DNA from: an uncultured Eubacteriales bacterium
GTDB taxonomy: Bacteria; Bacillota; Clostridia; Lachnospirales; Lachnospiraceae
Direction: 5' to 3'
DNA length: 64,000 nt
NCBI GenBank assembly: GCA_902797845.1
Contig: CADBUJ010000066.1
Coordinates: 1,399-65,398 of the forward strand
The position numbers and the translations under genes were made by a program. How positions within the stretch are numbered: position 1 is the first letter of the stretch; each line of letters opens with the position of its first letter. Positions 46,564 to 58,200 of this stretch are shown here, piece by piece. Under the pieces are notes generated by a model, which had not been told where the DNA came from, did no database searches, and saw only the letters and a program-made list of their open reading frames with translations.

Positions 46564-49500
46564 ATGCTCAGACGACAGGAAGTACATCCAAAAAAACATA
46601 TTATGTTTATATTGGTGATCACATTGACACTTGCCATGGTCGCGGGTACTGGAGATCTATCTTATGCAGCAGAAGACAGCAGCTGGCAGAATGACTGGAC
46701 ATATACGACTCAGGCCTCTGCAGACCCGCAGACTATCACACTTACAAAATATAACGGCAGCGAAACTGACTATAAGATACCTTCGACAGCAGTCATAGGA
46801 GGAGTGGAATACAAGGTCATCCTCGGAGGCGGCGGTATCAGAGGCAGCAGTATAAAGAACATATCCTTCGAAGAAGGTGTAAAGATAAACAACGGGAACA
46901 GCTCCGCTTCGCCTTTCAACAACGCGACGAATCTTGAGACAATAGATCTGAGAGGCGCAGATCTTTCTTCAGCCACCAGCATGTATTATATGTTCAGCGG
47001 CTGCAGCAATGTAACAGAGATCAATATGAGCGGGATCAAGGTTCCCGGTGTCACTGACGTCAGATACATGTTCAGGAACTGTTCAGCCCTTAAGAAACTG
47101 GATATGAGCGGCGTGGACTTAAGCGGTGTCAGCGGCAGCGGCAATGTAAGATATATGTTTTACGGAGCAACGGCAATAGAGGAGCTGAGCTTTGCCAATG
47201 CTGACATGAGCAAAGTTACCAGCTTTGCTTATTCAAACCCGACAAATAACTTTTCACCCAGTCCTCTTCATGGCATGCAGGCACTTAAAAAAGTGGATTT
47301 CAGTAATTTTGACACATCTTCACTGACCACTGCTCAGCGCATGTTCGTAATAGACGGCAACAACTATGACAATAAAAACCGTCTGGAAGAGATCGATGTG
47401 ACCGGATGGAAGACACCGTCAGTCACACAGTTCTACGACACATTTATGCACTGCGGAGAAAATGTTGACTGTGTCATCAAGGGCCTTGAGACCATGGATA
47501 TATCTTCGGCCACAAGTCTTGTAGGCATGTTCTCCACATGTATAAAAGTGGCGGACTTATCAGGCGTGGAAAGCTGGGATGTTTCGGGAGTGAGTGATAT
47601 GACCAGAATGTTCCAGGAGTGCGAGTCCATTACCTCTCTGGATCTGAGCGGCTGGAATACGGAAAGCCTTACGAGCCTGTCAAATACCTTTGCGGGCTGC
47701 ACATCTCTTACAGACATAAATGTAAGTACGTGGGACACCTCCAAGGTTTCAGATATGCAGCAGACTTTTCTGGGATGTACATCTCTCGAAAAGCTGGATC
47801 TTTCAAGCTGGACATCCGACGGCATCACCAGGGGCTATAACATGAACGAATTCCTGGGCAAGGCCGGGACGACATCCAGCTCGGATATGGGTACTGCTCC
47901 CCTTAAGGAGATAACTCTTCACAAGGATTTCAAGTTTTATACAGATACGCCTGTGGGCCTCCGTGGTGGTTACTGGAATCTCAAGCAGGGAACGGATGCT
48001 CAGGTGGCAAAGAGATATTCCACAGCAAGGCTTTATACACAATATAACGAAAGAAAGACACCGGATTTTGAAGACGGCTACGAATACAGCCATACCTGGG
48101 TCCTTTCGGTACTGGATCCTGCCGAGGCAAATTATTATGCCAGAGGCACCGGAGAAGAAAATGTATGGGAGGTTCATTATCCGGACGACAAGTTCAAGGG
48201 ATACTGCATCAATCTGCACAGAGCCGGACCCAACGGTTATTATGACCGTGTGATCGTAAAGGACAATGAGATCGTGGATGTGGGGTATATAGACAGCGAG
48301 AATTACGGCTGGGAGCCCCTTGGAAACAACATGGAAGAGGCTTTTATAACCCTTATATATTACGGCTGGGGAAATGATGCAGACGGGATCCAGGCGAAGT
48401 ACGGATTAAGCGATTCCCAGTTTATGACTCTTACCCAAAGGCTTATATGGGATTTTTCCGACCGCTACGATACAATTGAAGAACTGCCGGAAGACAGCGA
48501 TATCAATAAGGCATATAACGAGCTTCTTTCAAAAAGATTTGCAGATATTCCGGATAACGAGAACCTTAAGCTTTATCTGTACGAATCCATTGACGGAAGA
48601 CAGAACCTGCTTTCCATAAGCGGACTTAACAATAAAGCCTATGCAGGCGTCAGAGTCCTTAAGCTCGTGGATAAGGAGGACGGAGCAGAGCCTCTTAAGG
48701 GCGCAATATTTACCGTATTTGATGAAGACGGTGCAAACGTGGCAACTATCGTTTCCGACGATGACGGTTATGCCACAAAGTACAATACAGATTCCATATA
48801 CGGTCTTCCCCAGGGCATCTACACCATAAGAGAGACCACACCGCCCAGAGGATATTCCAGAAGCGGCAACGATTATTACACGTTCATCGTCCGCGAAGAG
48901 GATGACAATACCATCATTACCGTAGGTAAATTACAAGGCTCCGGCGAAGACGTGGGCATGATATTTACCAATGTGGAAAGCACAAGTGTGACCGGCGGAG
49001 GAGTAGCCATCGAGAAAAAGAATGATGCCGGGGATCCTGTTATAGGGGCAACCTTCGAGATCACAGACAGTTCGGGGACTGTTGCGGCAGAGCTGGTTAC
49101 CGGTCAGGGAGGAAAGGCATCGACGGGAAACAAGGACCTTCCTCTCGGCACATATACCGTAAAAGAGATCTCCGCACCGGAAGGATATATAGCGGACACT
49201 ACACCTAAGACCGTAACGCTCACCGAGAACAAACAGGTGGAGACTGTCAGCTTTGTAAATACAACTAAAAAAGGCAGCGCAAAGATAGAGGCCAAAAAAG
49301 AGTATAACGAGGCCTTGGAAGGCGGTGAGTTCAGCTTCCGTCTTCTGGATGATATAACAGGTGAAGTAGTGGCCGAAGCCGTCAATGACAAAGACGGAAA
49401 TATCATATTTGATATGAGTTATAACGGAACAGAGATCGGATACAAGGTATACGATCTTGAGGAAGTAAAAGGCGATTCGGATGAGATCACTTATGATGCT

Positions 49501-49830
49501 CATAAGGAAGAGATCATCGTATATATTTCCGACGATGGCAGTGAAGAGCTTGTAACAAGCGTGGAATATGATGACGACGGCGCGGTGTTCAAGAATCACA
49601 GGGAAAGGAAAGAGGAAGAAACGGAGAAAGAAGAGGAACCTTCTTCGGAAAGCGAGAGCAAAGATGCTCCGCCTCCTGCCGACGATAAAAAGGATCCCCC
49701 TGAAAGGAAGGGCGATATACCGGCATCAGGTGATACGGCGGATACGGGTCTTTACCTGGCAGTGATGCTGACAGCACTTTTAATTACCATTGCATCATCA
49801 GCAGCAAGGATGAAAAGAAAAAACAGATAA
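46564..49830 (+). CDS. Cell-surface adhesin: signal peptide, BspA-type leucine-rich repeats, Cys-Gln thioester domain, SpaA/CnaB-type Ig folds, C-terminal sorting signal
   Basis: Repeats of the LxxIDLSxxDxSxVTxMxxMFxxCSxL type. Thioester motifs GYCINLH (Cys codon 48205-48207) and TQRLIWDF (Gln codon 48436-48438). LPQGIYTIRETTPPRGY and LPLGTYTVKEISAPEGY. IPASGD plus TM plus RMKRKNR tail. Confidence 0.8.
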   Translation: MLRRQEVHPKKHIMFILVITLTLAMVAGTGDLSYAAEDSSWQNDWTYTTQASADPQTITLTKYNGSETDYKIPSTAVIGGVEYKVILGGGGIRGSSIKNISFEEGVKINNGNSSASPFNNATNLETIDLRGADLSSATSMYYMFSGCSNVTEINMSGIKVPGVTDVRYMFRNCSALKKLDMSGVDLSGVSGSGNVRYMFYGATAIEELSFANADMSKVTSFAYSNPTNNFSPSPLHGMQALKKVDFSNFDTSSLTTAQRMFVIDGNNYDNKNRLEEIDVTGWKTPSVTQFYDTFMHCGENVDCVIKGLETMDISSATSLVGMFSTCIKVADLSGVESWDVSGVSDMTRMFQECESITSLDLSGWNTESLTSLSNTFAGCTSLTDINVSTWDTSKVSDMQQTFLGCTSLEKLDLSSWTSDGITRGYNMNEFLGKAGTTSSSDMGTAPLKEITLHKDFKFYTDTPVGLRGGYWNLKQGTDAQVAKRYSTARLYTQYNERKTPDFEDGYEYSHTWVLSVLDPAEANYYARGTGEENVWEVHYPDDKFKGYCINLHRAGPNGYYDRVIVKDNEIVDVGYIDSENYGWEPLGNNMEEAFITLIYYGWGNDADGIQAKYGLSDSQFMTLTQRLIWDFSDRYDTIEELPEDSDINKAYNELLSKRFADIPDNENLKLYLYESIDGRQNLLSISGLNNKAYAGVRVLKLVDKEDGAEPLKGAIFTVFDEDGANVATIVSDDDGYATKYNTDSIYGLPQGIYTIRETTPPRGYSRSGNDYYTFIVREEDDNTIITVGKLQGSGEDVGMIFTNVESTSVTGGGVAIEKKNDAGDPVIGATFEITDSSGTVAAELVTGQGGKASTGNKDLPLGTYTVKEISAPEGYIADTTPKTVTLTENKQVETVSFVNTTKKGSAKIEAKKEYNEALEGGEFSFRLLDDITGEVVAEAVNDKDGNIIFDMSYNGTEIGYKVYDLEEVKGDSDEITYDAHKEEIIVYISDDGSEELVTSVEYDDDGAVFKNHRERKEEETEKEEEPSSESESKDAPPPADDKKDPPERKGDIPASGDTADTGLYLAVMLTALLITIASSAARMKRKNR

Positions 49831-49849
49831 GATAAGGCGTTAAGCCGCG

Positions 49850-49880
49850 CAGGGCCTCCCTTAAGGGAGGCCCTGTTTTA
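49850..49880 (+). terminator. Intrinsic terminator after the first adhesin gene
   Basis: CAGGGCCTCCC-TTAA-GGGAGGCCCTG followed by TTTTA. Confidence 0.8.
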
Positions 49881-50049
49881 TTGCCTTAAAGAGATATCTC
49901 AGCTTGATTTACATGTGTATAAAAAGGGCATAAGTATAAATTTTTGAAAAGTTTTTTCTGATGTATAATGTATATATATGCCGAATGGTGCTATAATAAT
50001 GAATAATTGTCGCTCTTTACAAATGCATTAAAGAGAAAAGAGGTTTTTT

Positions 50050-52224
50050 ATGGAAGCAGTAAGGAAAAAACAAGGATCAGGAAAACTCTTAAAGACAAGA
50101 AGGAGCAAGGCGCTTGCTGCTCTTATGGCAGCAGCGATCACAGTAACCGGTTTTTCGGTAGCTCCTATGAGAGCCATGTCGGCCGATTCAGGAGAGCCGT
50201 CGGCTTCTGTTATCGAGAAGACTGCAGATGCTCCTTCCGATTACGGTGCTCACATGAGCGAGCCGGATGACACTTCCCAAGTAGGAAGAGTCAAAACGGA
50301 TAAGACCGTAAGAACAGTGGCTTTCGACGCGATCGATCGTAATTCGGGAGATCCCGTAAATCCTCAGGACATAGGGGATAATTTTGCGGTGACCTTCTCT
50401 GCTCTTTCTTCCGGCGGAACCATAGCCGGCGAGAGCACGGTTCCGATAGATCTGGTATTTATACTGGACCTTTCAAAATCCATGAGCATAAACGGAGTTG
50501 ATGGGGAAGGCGACCTGTCCCGTCTGGGAGTAATGATAAATTCCCTTAATACGGCTATTAAAGAGCTTATGGTATTAAATCCCGACAACAGAGTGGCAGT
50601 CGTAGGATACGGGGATTACGCAGATACCATAATTCCTCTGCAATCTTTAAGTCCCACAATGACCGAATATGTAACAACAGACTATATGGATGTTATAAGC
50701 CAGAGCATAGATGCTGTTGTAACACCCAATCCCGCCATCCAAGGCGGAAGGGCTATGGCGGTTGACGGCCGTACCAATACCCAGATGGGTATATATACGG
50801 GAATGAATATCCTTGCCAATGCCGATACTCAGGTTCAGATCGGTGGCACGACCGTGAACAGGATTCCCGGTGTTATCTTAATGGCAGACGGCGGATCCAA
50901 TGTTAACCACAATAATCCGAACTGGTGGAATCTTTCCACTTCAGATCAGACATATACAGGTACCACAGGTGCAACTACATATTCCGTGGGCTACTATTAC
51001 CTTACCACTCTTGAAGCGGCATTCATGAAAAATAAGGTAAAGGCCCACTATTCTGCGGATGATTGCCTCATTTACACCGTAGGCCTCGGCCTTGGGGCAA
51101 ATATCACAGATACAGCAAGTGCTGTTGCACATGTGGTAATGAACCCCTCTGAATATGTGGAAGATGACGGTACAATAATAAATACCGGCGCTTATTTTCA
51201 GCCTGCAGCAAGAGAAGCATTTAAGACAGCCTGGACGAATCTGCAGAACGGAATGACCGCTATCGTATATTCCGGAGGCAGAAACAACAGGATCACAGTA
51301 AATGTTCCCACCGGCGAAAATGCTCAGTATATACCCACGTCTCTTAAATATAACGACGGGTTTACGAGCACTGCCAACGCAGAAGAGCTGATCAACGCCT
51401 TTTCATCAGCTATCCAGACCATAACGGAAAGGGCATATACTCCCACTGCTACAGAGGACATAACAGGAGAGACTTCCGGTTATGTTACCTTTACGGATAC
51501 AGTGGGCGACCTCATGGAAGTAAAGGGCTTTGATTCCATACTTTGGGTCGACCATATGAGGACACTTCCGGACGGAAGCCCTAATCCCAATTACGGTGTG
51601 GAAACAGAATATACTAATGTTTCAAAAACCACATCAGGAAAAGTGGATACATATGTCTTCGATGATCCTGTGCACAGCTCATGGCTTTTTGATTTCGAAG
51701 ATACAAACCTCAATACTATAATCATTACCGTTGACCGTTCAGGAGCAAATGATGTGGTAACTATCAAAGTGCCTCCGGCACTGGTACCTATGGTTGACTA
51801 CAACGTTAAAAAGAGCGGCGGAACCGTTACGGAAGTTACAAGAAACGAAGAAACGAGACCCGTTAAGATCAATTATGTTGTTGGTCCCAAGGAAGGCGTT
51901 GTAGATTATATCGCAGGCAAGGGCGACATCGCAGATGCAGAACTGAAAGCTCAGGTTGACGCATATATAGCCAACAGCGCCAATAAAGTAACTACTGCAA
52001 ACGGCAGCGGCATAGCTATCTATACAAACCATTGGAGAGGCCCCAATGAGGGCATTCCTTATGCGGAATTTGCCATAAATCCTCTTAATAATTATTATTC
52101 CTTTGCAAAACGTACACCTCTTTACACGGATTCCGCATGTACAGTTCCCGCAACAAGCTTTACTGAGGGAACAACATATTATTATAAAAGTGATGTTTAT
52201 GTGGTAGGGGCAACAGGGTGGTAA
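50050..52224 (+). CDS. N-terminal part of a giant adhesin: signal peptide plus vWA (tip-adhesin-like) domain, ending at a frame break
   Basis: Signal peptide ALAALMAAAITVTGFSVAPMRAMSA. MIDAS IDLVFILDLSKSMS (DLSKS at 50467-50481). TAA at 52222-52224. Confidence 0.7.
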   Translation: MEAVRKKQGSGKLLKTRRSKALAALMAAAITVTGFSVAPMRAMSADSGEPSASVIEKTADAPSDYGAHMSEPDDTSQVGRVKTDKTVRTVAFDAIDRNSGDPVNPQDIGDNFAVTFSALSSGGTIAGESTVPIDLVFILDLSKSMSINGVDGEGDLSRLGVMINSLNTAIKELMVLNPDNRVAVVGYGDYADTIIPLQSLSPTMTEYVTTDYMDVISQSIDAVVTPNPAIQGGRAMAVDGRTNTQMGIYTGMNILANADTQVQIGGTTVNRIPGVILMADGGSNVNHNNPNWWNLSTSDQTYTGTTGATTYSVGYYYLTTLEAAFMKNKVKAHYSADDCLIYTVGLGLGANITDTASAVAHVVMNPSEYVEDDGTIINTGAYFQPAAREAFKTAWTNLQNGMTAIVYSGGRNNRITVNVPTGENAQYIPTSLKYNDGFTSTANAEELINAFSSAIQTITERAYTPTATEDITGETSGYVTFTDTVGDLMEVKGFDSILWVDHMRTLPDGSPNPNYGVETEYTNVSKTTSGKVDTYVFDDPVHSSWLFDFEDTNLNTIIITVDRSGANDVVTIKVPPALVPMVDYNVKKSGGTVTEVTRNEETRPVKINYVVGPKEGVVDYIAGKGDIADAELKAQVDAYIANSANKVTTANGSGIAIYTNHWRGPNEGIPYAEFAINPLNNYYSFAKRTPLYTDSACTVPATSFTEGTTYYYKSDVYVVGATGW

Positions 52225-55200
52225 GAACACCCGTTTCATCTCTTTCATCATCCGATGTGGAGTTGGTGGACGGTAATCTTTATACAAAGGCCGGAGCCCA
52301 GAAAGATCTTCCGGGAACGGAAAATAAGCCTGAAAATACTACAGGCTCAAAGAGTTATCAGCTGATGAACCATTGGCAGAACGGTACAACTGTCCATCAG
52401 CATCAGGGAAATAACGGCCGCCTTGTTATCGAACAGCCGGGTAATCTCAAGCTTGACAAGGCTATCGTGCTTGATGCTGCTCTGCAGGGTGACGATATCG
52501 CCGTTGACACAGACGCCATGGAAGGTAAGGAATTTACCTTTACCATAGACCTTGCAGATGTTTCCGGTGCTTCAGAAACAGCGCTGGACGGCACCTTCGA
52601 TTATGTAATACAGAGACCCGGCAGCGCAGACGTGCAAGGAACCATACAAAGCGGCGGACAGGTATCACTTACTGTCGATGATACACTGCTTGTAAAAGGT
52701 ATCCCCAACGGAACGAAATATACCATAAGGGAAACAAATATCCCTGCGGGATACAGCGTTAAAAGCTGGACTACCACTTACCGCGATGATTCCGGTGAGA
52801 TAAATAATACAGGCACAACAAATCAGCTTACAGGATATATTTCATCCGGTAATACTTCCACGGCGGAGTTTACCAACGAATATAAGATGACCTCCGATTA
52901 CGAGCTGTCAAACCGTCCTCATGTTAAAAAGACATTGGAAGGAAGGACCTTCAATTCGTCGGATGAGTTTTTCGTTACCATGACTCCGTCCCAGACGAAT
53001 CCTGCGCCTGTTACCGTAACTCCTTCTCAGCTGGAGATCAGTCTTGATGCTGAAGGAGCCACGGTCATAGACAATAATAATATAGATAATTTCTTCGATA
53101 ATGTTACCTTCACAGCTCCCGGCACATACAGATTCAACATATCCGAGGAAGGCGGATCCATCCCCGGCATCTCCTATTCTCATTCGGTCTACATGTATAC
53201 GGTGATCGTGGAAGACGATGGTGACGGTACCATGTCTATAGACCCGGATACGGGAATAAGCATGGAGAAGACCATTAACATGGACGGTAATACAGTAGCG
53301 CAAGATGACCCCGACAGGCACGTTCCTCTGTCAGATCTGGACACTGACGGGGACGGTACTGCGGACATTCAGGTATATGAAGCTACCTTTACAAATAAGT
53401 ACAGTGTAACGGAACTGTCACTGGCACTTCCCGGCCTTAAGGTCTATAACGACAGAACAGGCCAGAATCCCATGACAGCAAATATGTTCCAGTTTGAGGT
53501 GAGACCTTCCTTCTATGATGCCCAGACAAATCCTCTTACACAGGCACAGATAGATGCGGTTCCCATGCCTGAGGAGACACCTGACGATACATTTACAGAC
53601 GAAGCAACAGGTCTTACATACAGAAAGCTTGATACATTCAATGCTGCTTCAGGAGACTTCGGTTTCGGTAATGTAACATTCGGACGGGCCGATGTGGGAA
53701 ATACTTACAGGTATGTTGTTCAGGAGATAATACCGGATGAAGTTCTTACTTCCGGTACAAGAACATATGCCAAGAGGACAGATCCCAGCCAGACAGAAGA
53801 AACAACAGAGGACCACGGATACCTGTGGCACAAGGACGGTATCGTGGATCTGGCACATACCTGGGATCTTAAGACCATAGAATATAAGGGTTATATTTAT
53901 GACTGCAGCCGCCACGTAGCTACCATAACCGTGGGTGAGACTGCAGAGGGCGGTACGACCCATATAACGGCAGATGTGGAATTTACCACAGCAGCTTCTG
54001 CCGACAAGGGCGAGATCGTTATTAACAATATTTACGAACCGGATCCTGCAACGACCGGGGATACTGAGAATATCGTATCCGTAACAAAGAAGATCCAGGG
54101 AAGAGATTCTCTTGATGGAGAGACCTTCAGCTTCAAGATAACTCCTTCCGGCGCCAACGCCATAAGCGGAGTGGAAAACGGCTGGATAGTCATCCCCGAG
54201 GGAGCAGATACAGCAGAAACATCCGGTATCATATCGGATGGCGGAACTCAGGAAGTCTTCTTTGAGGGCATTCAGTTCAAGCGTCCGGGAACATATACAT
54301 TCTCCATCACAGAGAATGCCGGAAACGCCAAGGGTATGACATATGATGATCATACTTGCGTCGCAGTAATAACTGTCACAGATAACGGCGAAGGCACCCT
54401 TGAGATAGACAGTATCGATTTTACTGGAAGCACAACCTTTACAAACGTATACTCCGTTGATGAACTTGATTTCGGCAGCACCGGAGCAGTTCAGATAATG
54501 AAGAAAGTAGACGGGCGCAATATGGCGGCAAACAAGTACCACTTCGCCATAGAGGCCGTAAACGATGACGCCAAAACTAAGACCCCCAATTCTATATCCG
54601 CTGAGGATAGCGGAATAGGAAGACCTGCGGCAGCAGTAGTGACCAACGCATCTGCTGCACCTGATGGTCAGTTCAGAGGTACACAGGCCCTTACGGACAT
54701 TACCTTTACAACGGAAGATATAGGCAAGACCTTTACTTACAAAGTAACTGAGGTTGTACCTGAGGGAGCAGTACGGAATCCGGACGGTACATATACATTC
54801 GAGGGCGTAACTTACGCATATGACGGCAATGATTCTTACGATATCAGCCTTGCAGTAAGCGACAACAGTGACGGTACCATAACAGTTACCGCAACAGCTG
54901 ACGGAAAAGACGGAAGCACTCAGACGGCTGTCAGTACATCCGGTGATGCAGGCACCGTTAATCCCGTACAGGTACGCTTTGCAAACAAATATGAAGTTAA
55001 GCCGGTAAATTATACTCCTGTTTTTTATAAGAGGATAACGGGCAGAGAATGGGAGTCAACAGATTCCTTTACCTTCAATCTTACAAGGTCTCCTGATACA
55101 GCACCTCTTCCTTATAAGAACGGAGTCGAGACTACCAGCATAACAGTAGACCATCCCGACAGCGAAGGCATAGATACAGCGGCCTTTGATTTCGGAAATA

Positions 55201-58200
55201 TCACATTTACAAAGCCCGGCACATATATGTACACCGTTACAGAGGCAGATGCCGGCACTACCACAAGGGGTCTTACAAGAGACAGAAACCCCAGAACCAT
55301 TGAGATAGTAGTAACAGATAACGGTGACGGCACCATGTCCGTAAGATCCGGTGCCACTGCAGATACTCTTACATTTGTTAACGAGTACCATGCAAAGATG
55401 GACTATTCCGCATCAGGTAAAAACGTTCTTGATGTAAGCAAAGTCCTTCACGGAAGGACCACCTATCAGGGTGAGTACCTTATAATCGCAAATCCCATAG
55501 ATGTGGATGAGGAAGGTTATGCATCCGCTACGGAGACTGCCCGCAGATTCTGGACAAGTCCTATTTTCGGACGAGTAGTTATCATGGGCGAGGCTTTAAG
55601 CGATGAGGCTTACGAAACCGCAGTCATCAATCCTATGGTATTTACGGAAGAGGATGCCGGAATAATATATGCATTTGAGATGCATGAGTTCGTTCCCGAC
55701 AATGCGGAAAAAGAGATAAACGGAGAGACCGTTTATTATAAGGATGCCACAGAGGAACAGAAATCCGAAGGAGGATTCTCATACGACGGTACTACATATA
55801 ATGTAAACGGAGTAGATCACTGGAGAGTAGATATATCCACAGAGGATAACGGAGACGGTACACTTAAGCTGACTGTCACCTGGACAGCTCATGATGCATC
55901 CCACAACGAGATACCCGGTAAGGGCGGAAGCATAGTAAATGACGGTTCCGATCCTTCCGCAACTCTCCAGACAGGTGTTATTCCTTTTGAGAATGATTAC
56001 GTCTCCGAAGGAGTTGCAGAAATAACTGCAATAAAGGACATAGAAGGCAGAGAATGGCTTGATTCCGACAGCTATGACTTCGAGATAAGCAGAATGAAGC
56101 TGGAAAACGGTGTTCTTGTGGAGGATACTGATCCTCAGTCAAATACACCTCTTCCCGATTACACCATCACTGCAACGAAAGATACGGATCTGGCAGGCTC
56201 CGACGGATCACAGCATGTAGCAGTTAAGGATCCTACCGCTTCAGTTAAGGAGGCCGGATGGCGCATAGAGCTGGATCAGTCCATGATGGAATGGGATGCC
56301 GAAAACATCCAGATGAGAGCCGACTTCTATTATCGTATAAGAGAAGTTGTTCCCGGAGATGCCAAGAACGGTGACGGCGTAGAATATTCACAGGCTACCG
56401 ATGAGCAAAAGGCAGCAGGCGGATTCGTTAAGGACGGCCTCAGATATTCGGCAACACCCAGATACGTACATATATCAGCAGAGGATGACTGGACAGGCAG
56501 CATAGCAACCGAGGTAAATTATGTAAGCAAGGATGCTCCCACAGTTGATCTCGGTATAGCTCCCGTATTTACCAACTATTACACTCCTTCGGGATCCGTT
56601 GAGATTCCTGTAACAAAGGTCGTTACCGGGATTTCCGAATGGGATGATGATGACGTGTACACCTTTACCATAGCGAAGCTTAATGCATCTGCTACCGATG
56701 TGGACGGTGATACGGAAGTTACCATCGATAAGGATACGCCTAATCATCAGGCTAAGTTCGGAAAGATCACCTTTACAAGGCCCGGTATGTATATTTACCT
56801 TGTGGAGGAGACTGAAGGAAATATTCCCGGTATCAGATATGATGATAATCTCCAGAGATATGTTCAGATAGAGGTTACGGACAATAAGGACGGAACCCTT
56901 AATGTGGATAACATTAAATACTACACGGATGCAACACGTACCACAGAACAGGATGAGCAGGACTTCGCTCTCTTTACAAACCATTATGATGCAACATCCG
57001 GAGCGATGGATACAACGGCTCTCTTCGGCACTACAAAGGAGATAACGGGACGCCATTTCCGCGAAGGCGGAGCATTCAGCTTTACCGTGGAAGCGGACAA
57101 GAGCAATGCACCTCTTCCTGAAAATCCTTCCGTTACGGTTTATCCTGATGCAGGACTTTCAGAATATACATTCGGATTCGGGACTATAGAATTTACAGAG
57201 GAACATCTGGCATTAAGTCCCATAACATACACCATTAAGGAAGTTGCCGGAAATACCGACGGCATCACTTACGATACCCACGAAGAGAAGGTGCAGATAG
57301 TTCTTGCAGATGACGGCGTAGGCCATATTACAGCTACTGCTACTCCTCTTAATACGGGTTCCGGTGATACTACAGAAGATGAAGTAAGATTTATAAACAG
57401 ATACGAGGCAGAAGGAAGCGCTATTATAAACGTCATAAAGGACCTTCAGGGAAGAGGCGACGTAGAGTGGCTTAATTCCGATTCCTTCAATTTTGCCATA
57501 ACTCCTGTTTATATCTCCGGCGGAGAATGGACCGAATACGATACGGTGCCTGAGAATTATCCGATGCCTTCAAACGGCACAAATAACAACCAGGCCATAG
57601 CTACAAATCAGAATCCTTCCGTTACTCCGGAGCAGTATTTTGCACTGCCTGAATGGACACTTAGCCTTTATCAGGGAAGTCAGGACAGTACGAAGCCTGA
57701 CAGCCTTACATACGATGAAAACTTAAAGAGAATGACCGGAAACTTCTATTATAAGATATACGAAGTTATTCCGGCTGATGCTGAAAACGGAGACGGTACC
57801 AAGTATCAGGATGCAACAGATGAAGAGAAGGCAGCAGGCGGTTTCGTAAAGAACGGCATCATTTATGACAGCACAGCAAGATATGCCCATATTTATGCCG
57901 AAGATGATCGTCACGGAAATATAGTAACAACGGTTTACTACGACGAGACCACACCCGGTGACAGGACTACTGCAAGGAAGGCTACACCTGTATTCATGAA
58001 TAAATACAGCTCACCTACAGGCACCATTACCGTAACAAAGGTATGGAATGATGATGGCGACCGTGACGGCAAGAGAGCAGATGCAGTAATGCACCTGTTT
58101 AAGAGAACGGCCGGAGGACAGCTTGTTCAGGTAGAAGTTCCCAAGATGACCCTGGCTACAGGAAGCGCTCATGACCAGACCATGACGGATACATGGGAAG

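Noticed and set aside
52194-52224. Programmed -1 ribosomal frameshift at the adhesin frame break
   Set aside because: There is no X XXY YYZ slippery heptamer and no obvious downstream stimulatory structure in the 29-nt overlap. An indel or phase variation is the simpler reading. It is kept only as a minor alternative in the finding.
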